Positions 60,308 to 64,000 of a stretch of DNA of 64,000 nucleotides are shown one piece after another; position 1 is the first letter of the stretch; each line of letters starts with the position of its first letter. The notes below the pieces were generated by a model, which did no database searches, was not told the origin of the DNA, and worked only from the letters and a program-made list of their open reading frames with translations. The translations under genes were made by a program, and so were the position numbers. The stretch comes from Eledone cirrhosa (lineage: Eukaryota), in contig OZ024743.1 of NCBI GenBank assembly GCA_964016885.1, forward strand, positions 278,008,001 through 278,072,000, given 5' to 3'.

Positions 60308-60776
60308 TCAACTTGCAATTGATTGACATATATATATCTAAAATAAACATATGAAACAATCACAGGGAATAATTTGTAAAAGTGTGTAAGCACACATAGC
60401 TGGTATGTAACTAATTAAAGTTTAACTACAACTTTAAATATAGATACCTTGTAAATTGATTAATCTTCCTTATATATATTCCATTAAAGAAATATATTTC
60501 ACCATCAATCGATCGGTAAACCACAGTAATCAAAACGGATTTTCAACAAGGGAGAAGATTTAACTATCTGTGTTTACACAGCAAATTCAAATCTGCGAAT
60601 GACTACCAGCTTCATCCCAGTGACGTGAATAGGGTTATCGATCAATTTATAGTTAAACTTTAATTAGTTACCTACCTAGCTATGTGTGCTTACACACCTT
60701 TACAATTATTTCCTGTGATTGTTTCATGTGCTTGTTTTATATATATATATATATATGTCAATCAATTTCTAGTTGA
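60308..60776. repeat. Inverted repeat, ~120-bp arms
   Basis: gtgtgtaagcacacatagct / agctatgtgtgcttacacac. Confidence 0.85.
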
Positions 60777-60934
60777 TATAAAATGCTCGGATCTATTCAT
60801 TGGAATCTTGGAGCATATTCTACAATGGATATGGCGTATGTCTCTCTGACATGACACCCTTAATTTAATTTTGGATATATATATATATGAAAATGTTCAA
60901 GACCCCGACGGCAGAGCTCAAGCCGTTTCAAAGC

Positions 60935-61530
60935 AGTTGCTCATAAATGATTAAAGAATAAACTTGATCTCTGTATAGTATATGTGTCTGATTTCTTCCT
61001 ATCAACTATTCCAAGTCTGTTGTATTTGCATTTGTCAGAAATTATGTTGATGCAGAAATTTCCGGTGCTGGTTAGAATATTTCGGTTCTTAACATGATGG
61101 CTCGGATCTCAGCTAGCGTCCAATCAAGTAGTTCAAATGTTGGTGTCAGCACAGGTACAATAAACATATTATACGCCTATACGCCACTGAATTTATTATA
61201 TTTAGAGAGTTTCGAAGACCATATTTCACTTATTCCGTTGTTATATGTTCCTTGCTACACATAGCATCATATGAAATATTTTCATCTATACTTAAGTATT
61301 TGTAGCAGTCCGCATGAGATACTGGTGAAACAGTCAGAACATTAATAGAGATGTTTCTAGATTGGCTTGTAGATTTTCCTAGTTTTACAATCATATAGAA
61401 ACAGTTATCCTGGCCAATTTCCATCCCTCTATCTTTCCCTATATCTTTCGTAACCACTTCATGACATTTCCTTTATACCAATTATATTGTTGGTAAAATG
61501 TTTCAGGTCATCCACAAAGAAGCTATGTTT
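60935..61530 (-). pseudogene. R4/Dong LINE RT fragment
   Basis: FVDDLK, GMEIGQDNC, YKYLSIDEN. Confidence 0.8.
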
Positions 61531-61672
61531 TAGGTTATATGTATGTATTAGTGTGTGTGTGTATGTGTGTGTGTGTGAGTGTGTGTGTGTTTGCGGGTGT
61601 GTGTGCATGTATATACTTATATACGTTTGTATGCCAGGCCCCTTCATATATATAATATGTGGCATACACACA

Positions 61673-61727
<55 letters not shown>

Positions 61728-61757
61728 GAAGAGGTCTGGTTTATAAAAGTATACACG

Positions 61758-61797
<40 letters not shown>

Positions 61798-62593
61798 GTG
61801 ACAGACTCACATATATATGTATATGTGTATATACTAATAAGAAAAAGGACGATTTGTTAGATATTCATTACGTTTATTGAGTAGTGACATGCTTTTATAT
61901 GTATATATGTATGTATCTGTACATGTACATACATATATCTACATAGAGATACATAATGTAACAAACACTGCGCAATGAAAAATAAAAGAGAATTTCAAAA
62001 TAAAAATTAAAAACGTTTGTTAAACCAAAAATGAAACCCCTGTAGGTTTTTAGATATTTTCGACTGCAAATGATACATGGACGTTGATACTTATCTCTAA
62101 CATTCGACATTTACGAGCGCTGATACAATAACGTACCAGCTGGTAGAAAAAATATCAAAGATATAAGGAGAAAAATATATAGAAAATTACATAAAATAGA
62201 TATCTGCCTGATATTGAAAACACTCATATATATTTAATGCTTGGTAATTTTATATGCATTTTATGTTGGTGATAATGATTGATAAATACTGAATGATAAC
62301 TTATCACTATATCTTGCCGTGGATATAGGTATTTTAATCAGAAAGATAGTTGCAGTAGGTACGAATCTGTGTATTGACTATTATTAATATGGATATGTAT
62401 ATGTATTTGTGAATGTGTGTCTATAAGTATGTGTGGGATGGCGTTAGTGCATATTAAAAATATTTATGGAAATGCCATAATAGAAGTGGAATGATATGCA
62501 TGAAGAGACAATGCACGTGTGTAATATTTGAGTGTGCATAATATATGTGTGTATGTATGAAGATATATCCATCTATATATATGTATATATGTA

Positions 62594-62634
<41 letters not shown>

Positions 62635-62721
62635 ATGTGTGTGTTTAATGGTAGCTATGATGCTTCGATATGCGGTATGCCAGTTGAGCACACGATGTTC
62701 TTACAGAGCAGAGTGTGATAT

Positions 62722-63053
62722 AATATAAAACGAAAAATCAGTGATGCATCTGGAGTCAATTTATTGTGTGTTACAATTGTTTCGCCGGCAGTATGACAGC
62801 AAATATTGGCCAGAATGTATGATGACGTAGAAAAAACAACAGCCAACAACAGGACAGGCGAGGAAGATGATTTTTGAAGCTAAAACACCAGTGAGAAAAT
62901 TTATTCGGAAATTATTGCAAGTATTCGACGAACCTGCAGTTCTAGAATCAGATAGATCCATACAATGATCGTGTCTCGAGCTGTCTGCCGGCGAAACAAT
63001 TGTAACACACAATAAATTGAGTCCAGATGCATCACTGATTTTTCGTTTTATAT
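62722..63053. mobile_element. Inverted-arm element with a decayed HHR at 62971-63008 (+)
   Basis: gtgt CT--CGA gctg-tctgc-cggc GAAA caattg TA acac; arms 62722-62791 / 62984-63053. Confidence 0.7.
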
Positions 63054-63150
<97 letters not shown>

Positions 63151-63228
63151 TATATATATATGGCCTCAGCCGGATGGCTGAAACAGGTAAAAGAGTATAA
63201 GAGTATATATATGTATATATATATATAT

Positions 63229-63412
63229 AACGAAGGAAATGTGGTAAGGAACCAGGTGGACCATAACGCACCAAAGTACTCAATACTTAGGGTAGTAGAG
63301 TGGGTAATAGGAACAAGTAAGACCCCGACGGCTGAGCTCAAGCCGTTTCGACGGCTAATTGGTCCAGATTTAGCCGTCGAAACGGCTTGAGCTCAGCCGT
63401 CGGGGTCTTGTT

Positions 63413-63417
<5 letters not shown>
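63229..63417. mobile_element. Family A copy
   Basis: Matches 4120-4313. Confidence 0.9.
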
Positions 63418-63448
<31 letters not shown>

Positions 63449-63476
63449 CATATATATATATATATATATAAATACA

Positions 63477-63528
<52 letters not shown>

Positions 63529-63725
63529 TGTGTATATATATATATGTATATATACATATATTTGTATATACATATTGTTATACTTTGGGAGGGTCATGTT
63601 GCCAATAAGAAACACACGCACCACATGCTTTCACTTCAATTTATTAGAATAAATTTATAAATTTAGGAATTTATAAATTTCCGGTTGGCTGGTTGGTTCC
63701 ACAACCAGATGGTTGTTTATATATT

Positions 63726-63768
63726 GTCAAAGTTCTTTCGTCACATATTCTGTGACCTCTTCAGTAAC
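63726..63768 (-). ncRNA. Probable decayed hammerhead
   Basis: gtta CTGAAGA ggtcaca-gaata-tgtgac GAAA gaac TT tgac. Confidence 0.55.
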
Positions 63769-64000
63769 TGGGGATTCTTTTCTTTGTTTGTGTGCCTCTC
63801 CTTTGTTCTGTCCTACGCTATTTTGTTTCTGTGTGTGTGTTGTCTGCGCATGCGCCACATCCGGGTGCCTCTGTGTCTAAACATTGTCTAAACATTGCGT
63901 CTTTTCTAAGAAATGTATAACCTGTAAATTAAGCCCCCATATTAACTGTAAAACTAGAAATGTAGTATATAGCATAAGATGTACTGAATGACAATGTAGA

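Overview
AT-rich, microsatellite-saturated eukaryotic DNA with no securely identifiable host gene. The repeat content is most consistent with an octopus (coleoid cephalopod) intronic or intergenic region; this is an inference. Nearly all listed ORFs are (TA)n/(CA)n/(GAT)n artefacts. The main signal is about 20 type-I hammerhead ribozymes (HHRs), intact or slightly decayed and read by eye on both strands, in roughly 10 sequence-unrelated short elements that sit in (TA)n tracts. One HHR lies just 3' of a Penelope-like GIY-YIG endonuclease remnant. These elements are usually inverted or palindromic, and their breakpoints cluster on the ribozyme. Notable details are (a) an ORF-less ~440-nt head-to-tail retrozyme-like unit with an octamer+TATA module upstream of its HHR, (b) U3-A8 core variants that covary against C3-G8 within one family, and (c) a family of perfect hairpins that look like half-hammerheads. 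Also present: R4/Dong-type LINE copies flanked by (TATG)n, non-autonomous Helitrons (including a head-to-tail dimer), tRNA-derived SINEs, mariner MITEs, a decayed Tc1-like transposase, and weak candidate minus-strand exons. All structures were derived manually; none has been confirmed computationally.
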